Assembly: GCF_034676545.1 (NCBI RefSeq)
Contig: NZ_JAUCBZ010000011.1
Span: 47,433-111,432, forward strand
DNA from: Pararhodobacter sp.
GTDB lineage: Bacteria > Pseudomonadota > Alphaproteobacteria > Rhodobacterales > Rhodobacteraceae
DNA: 64,000 nt
Direction of reading: 5' to 3'
The position numbers were made by a program, and so were the translations under genes. The notes below the pieces were generated by a model, which saw only the letters and a list, made by a program, of their open reading frames with translations, did not search any database and was not told the DNA's origin. Shown here in pieces: positions 9,329 through 18,447 of this stretch (position 1 is the first letter of the stretch; every line of letters begins with the position of its first letter).

Positions 9329-9644
9329 GGACCGAAAGCCACTCCAGCTCCGTATCGCAAAGAATGCGGAGAAAAATCTCAGTGAGCTGGCTGGCCGCAT
9401 TCACAAGCGCGTTCAGGCTAAGAGTTTTAGCAAGACCGACTTCGCCTTGGCGCTGCTCGCCGAAGATCCCGCGACCTGGATTGTTCCGCAATACATCGCT
9501 GACGGCCTTCGCTGGCTCGAAGCCGAAATTGCGCCGCCTGAACCCGAGCCTGAGCCTGACGACGAGGCAAACGCGGAAGAAGTGGCGGAGACCGATGGCG
9601 CCGCCATTGCTGCGCCTGGGCCAGATGGTGAGGCTGCGGCATGA
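9306..9644 (+). other. C-terminal continuation of the GajA-like gene in a different reading frame (frameshift or sequencing error)
   Basis: Removing one A from the AAA run at 9305-9307 joins ...FEEAFALE to NLGWCQHKDRKPLQLRIAKNAEKNLSELAGRIHKRV...WLEAEI. This frame ends in TGA at 9642-9644, overlapping the helicase ATG at 9641 (ATGA). Confidence 0.6.
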
Positions 9645-11518
9645 CCAGCCGCATCGGCAGCCCCGACACGCCAGCAGACATCGAGGTTCGCGCCTGTCTC
9701 GATCGTAAGGTCCCGAGATCGTTCGTGATGGTTGCGGGTGCTGGCTCGGGCAAGACAACATCGCTGATCAAGGCGCTGGAGCACCTCGCCCGGACCCGAG
9801 GTAAGGCGCTACGGCGCGCGGGGCAGCAAATTGCCTGCATCACCTATACCGATGTCGCGGTTGGCGAGATCTCCGGTGATGTAGGCGTCTCACCGCTGTT
9901 TCACATCTCCACGATCCACAGCTTCCTCTGGTCGGTGATCCGGCCATTCCAGAGCGACATCGCGGCCTGGGTAGGCGTTCGCATCGAGGAGAAGATCGCC
10001 GAGCGCCGCGAACATTACAACCGACCTCGCACTCAGATGCGAACGAAGGCACGGCTGGAGATTGAAATTGCCGAACTTGAAGCCCAGCTCGCCGCGATCA
10101 GTTCGGTCGAGAAATTCACATATGGTACCGGTAGCAGTTATGCTGAAGGCATTCTCGGCCATGACGATGTGCTGAAGTTGACGCCCTATTGCATCGGCGC
10201 CCATCCGTTGCTGCGCCGGGTTGTCGCCAGCCGCTTTCCGTTCATTTTCGTTGACGAAAGCCAGGACACCAATCCCGAAGTCATCGAAGCGCTGCGCACG
10301 ATCGCGGTCGAGCAGCCGCGCCTGTGCGTTGGGTTCTTCGGCGACCCGATGCAGAAGATCTATATGAGCGGCACTGGCGCCGTTCCACTCAGCGCTGACT
10401 GGGCCGAAATTAGCAAACCTGAGAATTTTCGTTGCCCTGCTTCTGTCCTCGGTGTGGTCAACGCTATCCGCGCAACAGGCGATGGCCTGGTTCAGACCCG
10501 TGGGCGCCGGATCAAGGTCGGTGATGTCGAACAGCCTGTGGCGGGCACAGCAAATCTTTTCGTTCTGCCGGCCGACGATCAGCGCAGTGCCCGCCTCTCT
10601 GCGGTCCGTGCCTGGCTCGCCGGAGAGACCGACGACGCGCTTTGGCTGAGCGACGTACGCGAAAGCGATGTTCGCCTACTAGTGCTGGTGCATCGCATGG
10701 CGGCAACTCGGCTCGGATTTCCAAACCTCTATTCTGCGCTAAGTGACCGCGCACCAACGAACCTAAGCGAAGGACTCGCCGACGGCTCGGCCTGGCCGTT
10801 ACGACCGGTCGCGCAGCATATTCTGCCTTTGGTCATGGCCGCTCGTGAAGGTGACCGCTTCACGGTCATGTCAATCTTGCGCAACGAAAGCCCGAAGCTC
10901 GAACCGGAGCGTCTACGCGGACTACCGGCGGCTCCGATCCTGACCGGTCTTCAACAGGCAATCGACGCGTTGGTCGCGATGCTCGCGGATGGTTCACAGG
11001 CCACCGTGCTACAGCTGATGCGGCATGTTCGTGACACCCAGGTGCTGCGCCTCGACGACCGGTTTGCGCCACATCTTGTGGACGAGCCGGTTGATGACGG
11101 TAGTAGCGGCTTTTCCAGCGTCCAGGCTTTTCTGTCCTGCCCAATCGGGGAGCTCTGGGCCTATCGGCGCTATTTTACCGAAGAATCACCGTTCGCCACC
11201 CACCACGGCGTTAAGGGGGCGCAGTTTGAACGTGTTCTGGTCGTGATCGACGACGAGGAGGCCGCGTTTCACCAATACTCCTACGGCAAGTACTTCGGCT
11301 ATGTGCCGCTGTCGGACAATGACCAGGCAAAAATCAACGCGGGAGAGGAAACGGTGCTCGATCGTACGAGGCGTCTCTTCTACGTTTGCTGTTCGCGCGC
11401 GGTTAAGGATCTCGCAGTCGTGATTTTCGTGCCCGACGTTGCCGCAGCTAGCGCTGCGATCGCCGCAAAAAACCTATTCCCGCAAGCCTCAATACGTGGC
11501 CCCGAAGTCTTGGCTTGA
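9641..11518 (+). CDS. gajB: UvrD/PcrA-like superfamily 1 helicase, GajB-like
   Basis: 625 aa. Walker A VAGAGSGKTTSL, DExQ-type box FIFVDESQDTN, C-terminal TTHHGVKGAQFERVLVV. Adjacent to the OLD-family gene, the arrangement of class 2 OLD/Gabija systems. Confidence 0.8.
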   Translation: MTSRIGSPDTPADIEVRACLDRKVPRSFVMVAGAGSGKTTSLIKALEHLARTRGKALRRAGQQIACITYTDVAVGEISGDVGVSPLFHISTIHSFLWSVIRPFQSDIAAWVGVRIEEKIAERREHYNRPRTQMRTKARLEIEIAELEAQLAAISSVEKFTYGTGSSYAEGILGHDDVLKLTPYCIGAHPLLRRVVASRFPFIFVDESQDTNPEVIEALRTIAVEQPRLCVGFFGDPMQKIYMSGTGAVPLSADWAEISKPENFRCPASVLGVVNAIRATGDGLVQTRGRRIKVGDVEQPVAGTANLFVLPADDQRSARLSAVRAWLAGETDDALWLSDVRESDVRLLVLVHRMAATRLGFPNLYSALSDRAPTNLSEGLADGSAWPLRPVAQHILPLVMAAREGDRFTVMSILRNESPKLEPERLRGLPAAPILTGLQQAIDALVAMLADGSQATVLQLMRHVRDTQVLRLDDRFAPHLVDEPVDDGSSGFSSVQAFLSCPIGELWAYRRYFTEESPFATHHGVKGAQFERVLVVIDDEEAAFHQYSYGKYFGYVPLSDNDQAKINAGEETVLDRTRRLFYVCCSRAVKDLAVVIFVPDVAAASAAIAAKNLFPQASIRGPEVLA

Positions 11519-11719
11519 CTGCAACAAGCATTTGCCATCCTCAGAAAAATGCAAATCCTACTGGGTGTCCCAGTTTGGGTCGTTAGTCGAAGGACTGCGG
11601 TTCGAATTTCCTGATCGCCGAAAAAGACGGTGCTTTGTGGCTGCGAACCCGGCATTTGTCTACGCGATAGCGAGCAACCGCTTTTCAACTGTCACAGAGA
11701 GCGGATTACATAATCAAAA

Positions 11720-12775
11720 TTATCGGAGCGAATACCAAGCCCCCCTCCCGGCTCCGTTCAGGCTCAGGTGGCCATCTGCCACCAGCGCGCGGAAGTGCTG
11801 CTTCAGTGTGTTGCGATTCTGGCCGGACAGGCGCTCGGCGTCGCCGATGGTCAAGCGACCGTGGTCTCGCACGAGGTCCAAGAGTTGCGCCGAAACTTCC
11901 GGGAGGCTACCCATCAAAAGTCGTTCACGCTCAATCTTCACGCGCAGACGATGCATCTGGCGCTGCAGCGCGGACAGGAAGAAGCCGAGCCAAGGTTCCC
12001 AGTCCGGACTGTCAGACCTGATCGTTCCCTGGGTCTGTCGAAGGGCCAGATAGTAGGCCTCCTTGCTTTGCTCGATCACGCTTTCGAGGGAGGAGTACGG
12101 TACATAGGCATAGCCTGCGCGCAGAAGCAGGAGGGTGGTAAGGATCCGACTGAGACGTCCGTTGCCGTCCTGGAACGGATGGATCTCGAGGAAGACCACG
12201 ACGAAGACTCCGATCAGCAGCAGCGGATGCAGTTCACGGTCCCGGGTGGCGGTGTTGTACCAGTCGATCAGTTCAACCATGCGGCCGGGGGTGTCGAAGG
12301 GGGTGGCGGTCTCGAACACGACGCCAATCTGCCGCCCTGTCTCGTCGAAAGCCGCGATCGAGTTTGGCGCGGTCTTCCAGGCTCCCCTGTGGCGCTGATC
12401 CTTGCCGCTGTGCCGCAGAAGGTCCCGGTGTAATTGGCGGATATGGTTTTCGGTCACGTCCATGTCGCGCCACGAGGCGAAGACCGCATCCATGACCTGG
12501 GCGTAGCCAGCGACCTCCTCTTCGTCTCGGGTCGAGAAGGTCTGGATGTCGAGGTTGGAGAGAAGACGCTGGACCTCCTGATCTGAGAGTCGGCTTCCTT
12601 CAATGCGGGTCGAAGAGCCGATGCTTTCGATCGTAGCGACGCGGCGCAAGGCGGACAGCCGCTCGGGGGCGAGACTTCCGAGCGCGCGCCATGCGCCCTT
12701 GAACTCGTCGATTTCGGCGATGATCGAAAGAAAGTTCGGGGTGATGCGGAGCGTATGGATTTGGATCATACCCAT
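11720..12775 (-). CDS. Fic family protein, class II (N-terminal inhibitory helix), with C-terminal winged-HTH-like tail
   Basis: Fic motif HPFQDGNGRLSR. Inhibitory motif [S/T]xxxE[G/N] present as STRIEG. C-terminus GQNRNTLKQHFRALVADGHLSLNG is HTH-like. Confidence 0.85.
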   Translation of the reverse strand: MGMIQIHTLRITPNFLSIIAEIDEFKGAWRALGSLAPERLSALRRVATIESIGSSTRIEGSRLSDQEVQRLLSNLDIQTFSTRDEEEVAGYAQVMDAVFASWRDMDVTENHIRQLHRDLLRHSGKDQRHRGAWKTAPNSIAAFDETGRQIGVVFETATPFDTPGRMVELIDWYNTATRDRELHPLLLIGVFVVVFLEIHPFQDGNGRLSRILTTLLLLRAGYAYVPYSSLESVIEQSKEAYYLALRQTQGTIRSDSPDWEPWLGFFLSALQRQMHRLRVKIERERLLMGSLPEVSAQLLDLVRDHGRLTIGDAERLSGQNRNTLKQHFRALVADGHLSLNGAGRGAWYSLR

Positions 12776-12834
12776 TTAAATACCCAATAACACCCATTTT
12801 CCGCAACCCATTTCTTGACCCAATTACACCCGAT
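12770..12834. promoter_or_regulatory. array of six ACCC(A/G)(A/T)T(T/A) repeats at and upstream of the Fic start codon
   Basis: ATACCCATTTAAATACCCAATAACACCCATTTTCCGCAACCCATTTCTTGACCCAATTACACCCGATT. Copies start at about 12770, 12782, 12792, 12806, 12818 and 12827 (spacing 9-14 bp). The first copy contains the ATG at 12775. Confidence 0.45.
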
Positions 12835-13376
12835 TAGCGGCGGAACCACAGGTCGCGCATGGGATCCGGACATGATGTCGGTCAACTCATACGCCGGACC
12901 CGAGCGTATCAAGCCATGTCTCCGTTGCCGGTTTCGGCAAGGCGGCCCAGATGAGCGCGCGCTTCGGTCGTAATAGACCCTCCCCTGCCGATGGGCCCCC
13001 AGGCATCAAAGGGAACGGCGAGGCGCAGCTTCATCTCGCCTTCGAACTGCTCATGCCTGAAGTTAGAAGTGAGATCAGTCAAGCTATTGCTCTCTTCGCG
13101 TTCCATCATCACCACCCTCGCTGCAAGTTCACCGGAATACCCTAGCCCTTCGTTTTCATCGTGGACAACACCAACCAACAGCCTGACGCACCCTCATGAG
13201 CGATTGGCGCAGGCTCTATTGCTCATGAGGGACGACCGGCGATGACCCTGGCCGGATGAGTTGTACAATGCGGAAGGCTGCCGCCCTTCTTCGGCGATCA
13301 CAGCGTCGCGTGTTGTCCTTTCGTTTCGATTCTGGTCCTGTCGTGCGGCACGAAGTTGAGCTGAGGCGGCACCAAG

Positions 13377-13739
13377 ATGAAGACCCCACATGGCGATCTA
13401 GACCGATGGCCGGACCCGGTAAGTCCGAACGCTCGCCGCAGCATCTTCGCGCAGGACCTTATTGTCGAAGGCGATGCCACCTCCAGTGGACCGATCGAGA
13501 TCCAAGGCAATGTCGTTGGCTCACTGCGAGCGCCGGAGATCAGCGTGGCTGGTTCAGGTCGCGTTGAAGGTTCCGTCGCCACCCACGACCTCGTCGTGCT
13601 TGGGGCTGTCTCTGGTATGATCTCGTCGCGAAACGTTCAGCTCGCGCCGAGTGCGGTCGTGCAGGCCGACGTCATCCATGAGCGGATCGCCATTGAGGCC
13701 GGTGCCGTGTTGGAAGGCAGGCTTCAACGGAAGGCCTGA
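13377..13739 (+). CDS. bactofilin-family (polymer-forming cytoskeletal, DUF583-like) protein
   Basis: 120 aa. Repetitive beta-helix pattern DLIVEGDATSSGPIEIQGNVVGSLRAPEISVAGSGRVEGSVATHDLVVLGAVSG...ERIAIEAGAVLEGRL. Confidence 0.7.
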   Translation: MKTPHGDLDRWPDPVSPNARRSIFAQDLIVEGDATSSGPIEIQGNVVGSLRAPEISVAGSGRVEGSVATHDLVVLGAVSGMISSRNVQLAPSAVVQADVIHERIAIEAGAVLEGRLQRKA

Positions 13740-13817
13740 CCGATCTCACACCGCAAGGTATGGCTGCGGCAACTGGCCGGACGGCCGATAGCCCCGCCGC
13801 ATCTTCTGGCGTAGGGT

Positions 13818-14024
13818 TTACGATGCTGCTCTCTCCGCTTCTTCAATGGAAGCACAGGTTTCGATGCTCGTCCGGCCGTGGGTCCCGATCCGGCCCCAGG
13901 TCCGCACGAATGAGACGTCCCCGAACAGTGTCGGCGCGATGTCGACGCAGTAATAGCGGGCCATATTGGCATCGGGATCGATGCGGTGCAGATGTGCCAG
14001 AACCATGTGGGCCTCCCAACACAA
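13818..14024 (-). CDS. WGR-domain protein
   Basis: ARYYCVDIAPTLFGDVSFVRTWGRIGTHGRT matches the WGR signature (ArfY...LFG...WGRiG). The true start may be the internal Met at 14006. Confidence 0.65.
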   Translation of the reverse strand: MCWEAHMVLAHLHRIDPDANMARYYCVDIAPTLFGDVSFVRTWGRIGTHGRTSIETCASIEEAERAAS

Positions 14025-14162
14025 ATCCTCCCTGCGTCGCAGCTAGTCCAATTACTTTTCTGAATCGAAACCAGCGGATCGATTCAGAAACTTCATGGCT
14101 TGCCCCCCCCGGTTCGCGCGCATTGGCCACCAAGGGGTTGCCCACGTTGCGACCTGTCATTG

Positions 14163-14399
14163 TCAGGTGGTCTCCTTTCCGAGCAACTGTAGGACCTCCA
14201 AAACAATGAAGCACTTCGCGCGCCGCTTGTTCGCTGTGTACCAAACCGTCTTGCGCTCGCCGGTATGGCTGAACTCATAGGTGACGCCGAGGATCTTCTC
14301 GCGATGATCCGGGTCGACCATCCATTCCACAGGCCTGCCAACATCAAACTTGGCTGCCGACGTGTCGTCGTCGAGGGCATTCGATTTCTGATCAGTCAT
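14163..14399 (-). CDS. hypothetical 78-aa protein, last gene of the parA operon
   Basis: ATGA overlap with the upstream ORF (14396-14399). No recognisable motif. Confidence 0.45.
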   Translation of the reverse strand: MTDQKSNALDDDTSAAKFDVGRPVEWMVDPDHREKILGVTYEFSHTGERKTVWYTANKRRAKCFIVLEVLQLLGKETT

Positions 14400-15109
14400 T
14401 TCTCTTCTCCCTCGGTTGTCGTGTGCAGCGGCGCCTTGTCCAAGGCGATGTCGAATGCCTCCTGGAACCGCGCGCGGAAGGCCGGGCCCATGACCCGCGC
14501 CAAACCAAGAACCCCAAGCGGATCGTGCCGGGCGGCCAGGTCGGCTGCAAAAGGCGGTCGCAGGGTCAAGGTCACGCTGGTCGGATGCTTGCCCCGTGCA
14601 CCGCGAGGTTCACTGACTTCGGGCATGCCATCGCGTTCCCAGTCGTCAAAGGCCTCGTCACGCAGTCCCTGCGCCACGCGACGGATCAGGAACTGGACCG
14701 AGCACCGCGCCACTGAGGCCCAGGCTTCAGCGAGATGGGCTTGCCTGGCGGTGAGCGACACCGCGACATAGACGACCTGACCCCGGGCCGTTGCGGATGG
14801 GGCAGGCACCGCATGGCGCTGCGCCAAGTGCAGTGGTGTCCGCGGTTCACCCTCCTCTTTCCGGGCTTCTTCTTGGCCGCGGATGGGCAACCCGCCATCA
14901 TCATCGCGTTGGGGCATGACATGTGCGGCGGCTGTCACGATTGCCGGTTGCTCGGGCTTCGATTCTGGCCGGGAGCAGACCGGCGCCGACGGCATCGCGC
15001 TCGGTCTTTCAACCTCCGCCGGGGGCGCGACCATCCCACCAAACCCAAGCTTCGCTGAAAAACCCGCATCCTGCCGGATGATCCGCATCTGATCTTTACG
15101 CGGTGCCAT
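14396..15109 (-). CDS. putative partition partner (ParB-function analogue) downstream of parA; no canonical ParB motif seen
   Basis: 237 aa. The start overlaps the parA stop (TAATG). Called from position only. Confidence 0.45.
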   Translation of the reverse strand: MAPRKDQMRIIRQDAGFSAKLGFGGMVAPPAEVERPSAMPSAPVCSRPESKPEQPAIVTAAAHVMPQRDDDGGLPIRGQEEARKEEGEPRTPLHLAQRHAVPAPSATARGQVVYVAVSLTARQAHLAEAWASVARCSVQFLIRRVAQGLRDEAFDDWERDGMPEVSEPRGARGKHPTSVTLTLRPPFAADLAARHDPLGVLGLARVMGPAFRARFQEAFDIALDKAPLHTTTEGEEK

Positions 15110-15855
15110 TATGCGACCACCGCCGGGGCCGCGATCAACTGATCGATTTCGTCGAGAAGCTCCCCGGCCTCCTTCACGGCTGTCTGCAGATGCGCCGCCA
15201 AGCCGCGATTTGGCGTCTTGTCCGCGATCGGGCCGAGGAGCCCTTCCTTGTCCATCCGGACATAGGCGCTGCGATTGGACAGCCAGGCCTCGCAGGCAGG
15301 CAGCGACCGGAAGAGTTCATCCGCCACCGCGCGCTCCGCTTCAGAGAGCCGGACCTGCACGCGACTGAACACCACGGAGAAGCCGGCAAGCTCATCCGGA
15401 TTGTCGACCCGCCCGCGCAGCTTCAAATACCAGTTGGCAGTCTCGAGCGTCTCGCTGAGATCGCCGCGCGACAGCATCATCGGGCAGATGATCCGGTGGG
15501 CGGCAACGGCCAGCACATCCTGTGCCTCTGACCCGCCGCCGAAAGTGTCGATCAGGATCAGATGCTCCTGGTCTGGCTGTTCATAGATATGGTCAATCGC
15601 CTCGACGACCCGGTGGGCATCAAGTGTGTGGATCACCTCAACATGGGGTGACCAGTTTCCGGCCTCTTGCCCCGCCTGCATCCACTTGAGGCAAGACTTC
15701 GAGGCATCCGTGTCGAAGATCGTGACCGTCTCGCCGCGACTTGCTGCGGCAGAGGCAAGGGCGCGGCAGAGCGTGCTCTTGCCCGATCCGCCCTTCCTGT
15801 TCATCACCAGCACAACCCGTATTCCGTAACCCATACCACCTTCCTCACCTCGCAT
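15109..15855 (-). CDS. parA: ParA/MinD-family partition ATPase
   Basis: Deviant Walker A VVLVMNRKGGSGKSTL and later LILIDTFGG. The start may be the Met at 15834. Confidence 0.85.
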   Translation of the reverse strand: MRGEEGGMGYGIRVVLVMNRKGGSGKSTLCRALASAAASRGETVTIFDTDASKSCLKWMQAGQEAGNWSPHVEVIHTLDAHRVVEAIDHIYEQPDQEHLILIDTFGGGSEAQDVLAVAAHRIICPMMLSRGDLSETLETANWYLKLRGRVDNPDELAGFSVVFSRVQVRLSEAERAVADELFRSLPACEAWLSNRSAYVRMDKEGLLGPIADKTPNRGLAAHLQTAVKEAGELLDEIDQLIAAPAVVA

Positions 15856-15963
15856 ATCGACTATCCCATTTTTCTGAATGCGGATCGCCGAAATCTTTTA
15901 TCCTAAATCACATCGCTTTATTCCGTAAGCCTGCGGTGAAGGCCGTCTGCTCTGATTGAGCAA

Positions 15964-16389
15964 ATGGTCGTAAGGCATTGCCTTATGGCATGCGCTTCAA
16001 CTGTTTCACCAATCGAGATCTTCGCCGCCGATGAGGGTGGCCGTCGTCGGCACTGGTCTGACGAGGACAAGATCCGGATCGTCGAAGAGAGCCTGCGCGG
16101 TTTCCGGCAGGGTTCGGCGACGGCGCGCCGGTATGGGATTTCCCGGTCGCTTCTTTCGATCTGGCGGCGCGAGTATCGCAGCGGGACACTTGGCGCGTCG
16201 GGGGCTGGTGGGGGCTTCGTGCCATTGGTGATTGCGGGCGCCCCGCCTACGCCAGCGGAGCAGCCATCGCGGGAAGCCGACGATGCCCGGATCGACATCA
16301 CGTTGACGAACGGGCGTCGCATGACGATCTCTGTGTCGCTGGCCCCTTCGCATCTTGCGGCGTTGCTGGCCGTGCTGGACCCGCGATGA
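15964..16389 (+). CDS. tnpA: IS66-family accessory protein TnpA (orf1)
   Basis: RRHWSDEDKIRIVEESLRGFRQGSATARRYGISRSLLSIWRREY (HTH). ATGA overlap with tnpB. Confidence 0.8.
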   Translation: MVVRHCLMACASTVSPIEIFAADEGGRRRHWSDEDKIRIVEESLRGFRQGSATARRYGISRSLLSIWRREYRSGTLGASGAGGGFVPLVIAGAPPTPAEQPSREADDARIDITLTNGRRMTISVSLAPSHLAALLAVLDPR

Positions 16390-16736
16390 TTGCCTTTCCG
16401 GCGGGGGCCCGCGTGTGGATTGCAGGCGGGGTAACGGACATGCGGTGCGGAATGAACAGTCTGGCGCTGAAGGTCCAGCAGGGGCTGGGGCGCGACCCGC
16501 ATGGTGGCGAGATCTTCTGCTTCCGGGGGCGCAAGGGTGACCTGATCAAGGTGCTGTGGCACGACGGGGTCGGCATGTCGCTGTATCTGAAGCGGCTGGA
16601 GGCCGGAAAGTTCATCTGGCCGGTGAGCCAGAATGGCTCAGCCGTTCCGGTTTCGGCAGCGCAGCTCGGCTATCTTCTGGAAGGAATTGATTGGCGCAAT
16701 CCGCGCTGGACACAGCGGCCAGCATCAGCGGGTTAA
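16386..16736 (+). CDS. tnpB: IS66-family TnpB (orf2)
   Basis: VWIAGGVTDMRCGMNSLALKVQQ...FCFRGRKGDLIKVLWHDGVGMSLYLKRLEAGKFIWP, the typical IS66 orf2 pattern. Confidence 0.85.
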   Translation: MIAFPAGARVWIAGGVTDMRCGMNSLALKVQQGLGRDPHGGEIFCFRGRKGDLIKVLWHDGVGMSLYLKRLEAGKFIWPVSQNGSAVPVSAAQLGYLLEGIDWRNPRWTQRPASAG

Positions 16737-16794
16737 TGGGTAAAATTCCCTTGTTTTATTGGACTATTCTTGGGTTCCGTGGTAGGTCTTCGGC

Positions 16795-18447
16795 ATGTCG
16801 GAGACCGCATCTGAGATCGCTGTTCTGCGCGCCGCACTCGCCGCGGCAGAGGCCCGCGCGTCTGCCGCAGAAGGCGCATTGGTCGCCGCCAAGGGGGAGT
16901 TGACCCAGGTTCAGGCGATCGTCTCGGCCTCCGAAGACATGATCCGGCACCTTCGACTGCAGATCGCCAAACTCCGCCGCGAGCAATATGGCCATAGCGC
17001 CGAACGCCATGCCCGGCTGATCGAACAACTGGAGATGCAGCTCGAGGACATCGAGACCGACATTGCCGATGACCGGGCCAAAACCGAGGCAACGGGCCCG
17101 GGGGCGATGGTCGCGGCCTTCGAGCGCCGCCGCCCCGCCCGCAAGCCGTTCCCCGAGCATCTGCCCCGCGAGCGCGTGGTGGTTGAGGCGCCGACGTCCT
17201 GCACCTGCTGTGGTTCCGCGCGCATCGTGAAGATGGGCGAGGACATCACCGAGACGCTGGAGGTGATCCCCCGGCAGTGGAAGGTCATCCAGACCGTCCG
17301 TGAGAAGTTCACCTGCCGCGACTGCGAGCGGATCAGCCAGCCGCCCGCGCCGTTTCATCCGACGCCTCGGGGCTGGGCGGGGCCCAATCTGCTGGCCATG
17401 ATCCTGTTCGAGAAGTTCGGCCAGCATCAGCCCCTGAACCGGCAGGCCGAGCGCTACGCGAAGGAAGGGGTTGAGATCAGCCTTTCCACCCTCGCCGACC
17501 AGGTCGGCGCCTGTGCCGTGGCGCTGCAGCCGATCCACGATCTGATCCGTGCTCATGTCCTCGGCACTGAACGATTGCATGCGGACGACACCACCGTGCC
17601 GCTTCTGGCCAAGGGAGGCACCAGGACCGCCCGCCTCTGGACCTATCTGCGCGATGACCGGCCCTTCGGGGGTGGGGCGCCTCCGGCTGCGCTCTACTAC
17701 TTCTCCACCGACCGCAGGAAAGAACACCCGACCCGGCATCTGACGGGCTGGACTGGCATCCTGCAAGCTGACGCCTATGGCGGCTACAACGATCTCTATC
17801 GCCATGATCACAAGCCCGCGCCGGTGCGCAGCGCGCTGTGCTGGGCGCATGCCCGGCGCAAGTTCTTCGAACTGGCGGATATCAAAGCCACGGCCCGCAA
17901 GGGCAAGAAGGTGGCCGAGGAGATCTCGCCTGTGGCGCTGGAAGCCGTTCAACGCTTTGACGCCATCTTCGATATCGAGCGCGAGATCAACGGCCTGACC
18001 GCCGAGGCCCGTCATGACGCCCGTCAGCGGCTGGTGCGTCCGATGGTCCAGGATCTACATGACTGGCTGCGATCCGAACGCGCCCGGATGTCGAAGCACA
18101 ACCCTGTCGCCAAGGCCATCAACTACATGTTCGAGGAAGACGGCCGCTGGGAAGCTTTCACCCGGTTCCTCGATGATGGCCGGATTTGCCTCACCAATAA
18201 TGCGGCCGAACGAGCCCTCCGCGGCGTCGCCCTCGGCCGGAAAGCCTGGCTCTTCGCCGGATCACCGCGCGGCGGCGACCGCGCTGCCTTCATGTATTCC
18301 CTGATCGTCACAGCCCGGATGAACGACATCGACCCGCAGGCTTGGCTGGCTGACGTCCTCGCGCGGACGCCAGAAATATCCCTCTCTCGTCTGCCGGAAC
18401 TGCTCCCTTGGAACTGGCGCCAAACTGATCGGAAGGTGGCCGCCTGA
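16795..18447 (+). CDS. tnpC: IS66-family transposase TnpC (orf3)
   Basis: 550 aa. N-terminal coiled coil, Zn-finger-like CTCCGS...CRDC, and DDE region HADDTTVPLL...LQADAYGGYN...ICLTNNAAERALR. Confidence 0.9.
   Translation: MSETASEIAVLRAALAAAEARASAAEGALVAAKGELTQVQAIVSASEDMIRHLRLQIAKLRREQYGHSAERHARLIEQLEMQLEDIETDIADDRAKTEATGPGAMVAAFERRRPARKPFPEHLPRERVVVEAPTSCTCCGSARIVKMGEDITETLEVIPRQWKVIQTVREKFTCRDCERISQPPAPFHPTPRGWAGPNLLAMILFEKFGQHQPLNRQAERYAKEGVEISLSTLADQVGACAVALQPIHDLIRAHVLGTERLHADDTTVPLLAKGGTRTARLWTYLRDDRPFGGGAPPAALYYFSTDRRKEHPTRHLTGWTGILQADAYGGYNDLYRHDHKPAPVRSALCWAHARRKFFELADIKATARKGKKVAEEISPVALEAVQRFDAIFDIEREINGLTAEARHDARQRLVRPMVQDLHDWLRSERARMSKHNPVAKAINYMFEEDGRWEAFTRFLDDGRICLTNNAAERALRGVALGRKAWLFAGSPRGGDRAAFMYSLIVTARMNDIDPQAWLADVLARTPEISLSRLPELLPWNWRQTDRKVAA

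Noticed and set aside
9249-9644. Independent 131-aa gene starting at Met 9249
   Set aside because: The first ~19 codons overlap the end of the OLD-family ORF and read as Arg/Ser-rich noise. From 9306 onward the frame continues the OLD protein sensibly. It is therefore interpreted as the frameshifted C-terminus rather than a separate gene.
11585-11620. tRNA-like T-arm sequence GCGGTTCGAATTTCC in the gajB/fic intergenic region (possible tRNA or att remnant)
   Set aside because: The flanking bases do not form a T-stem (CTGCG versus TTTCC), and no acceptor or anticodon arms could be folded by eye.
12909-13178. 89-aa minus-strand ORF between fic and the bactofilin gene
   Set aside because: It has no SD or recognisable motif, and competing ORFs of similar length occur on the other strand. 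There is insufficient support either way.
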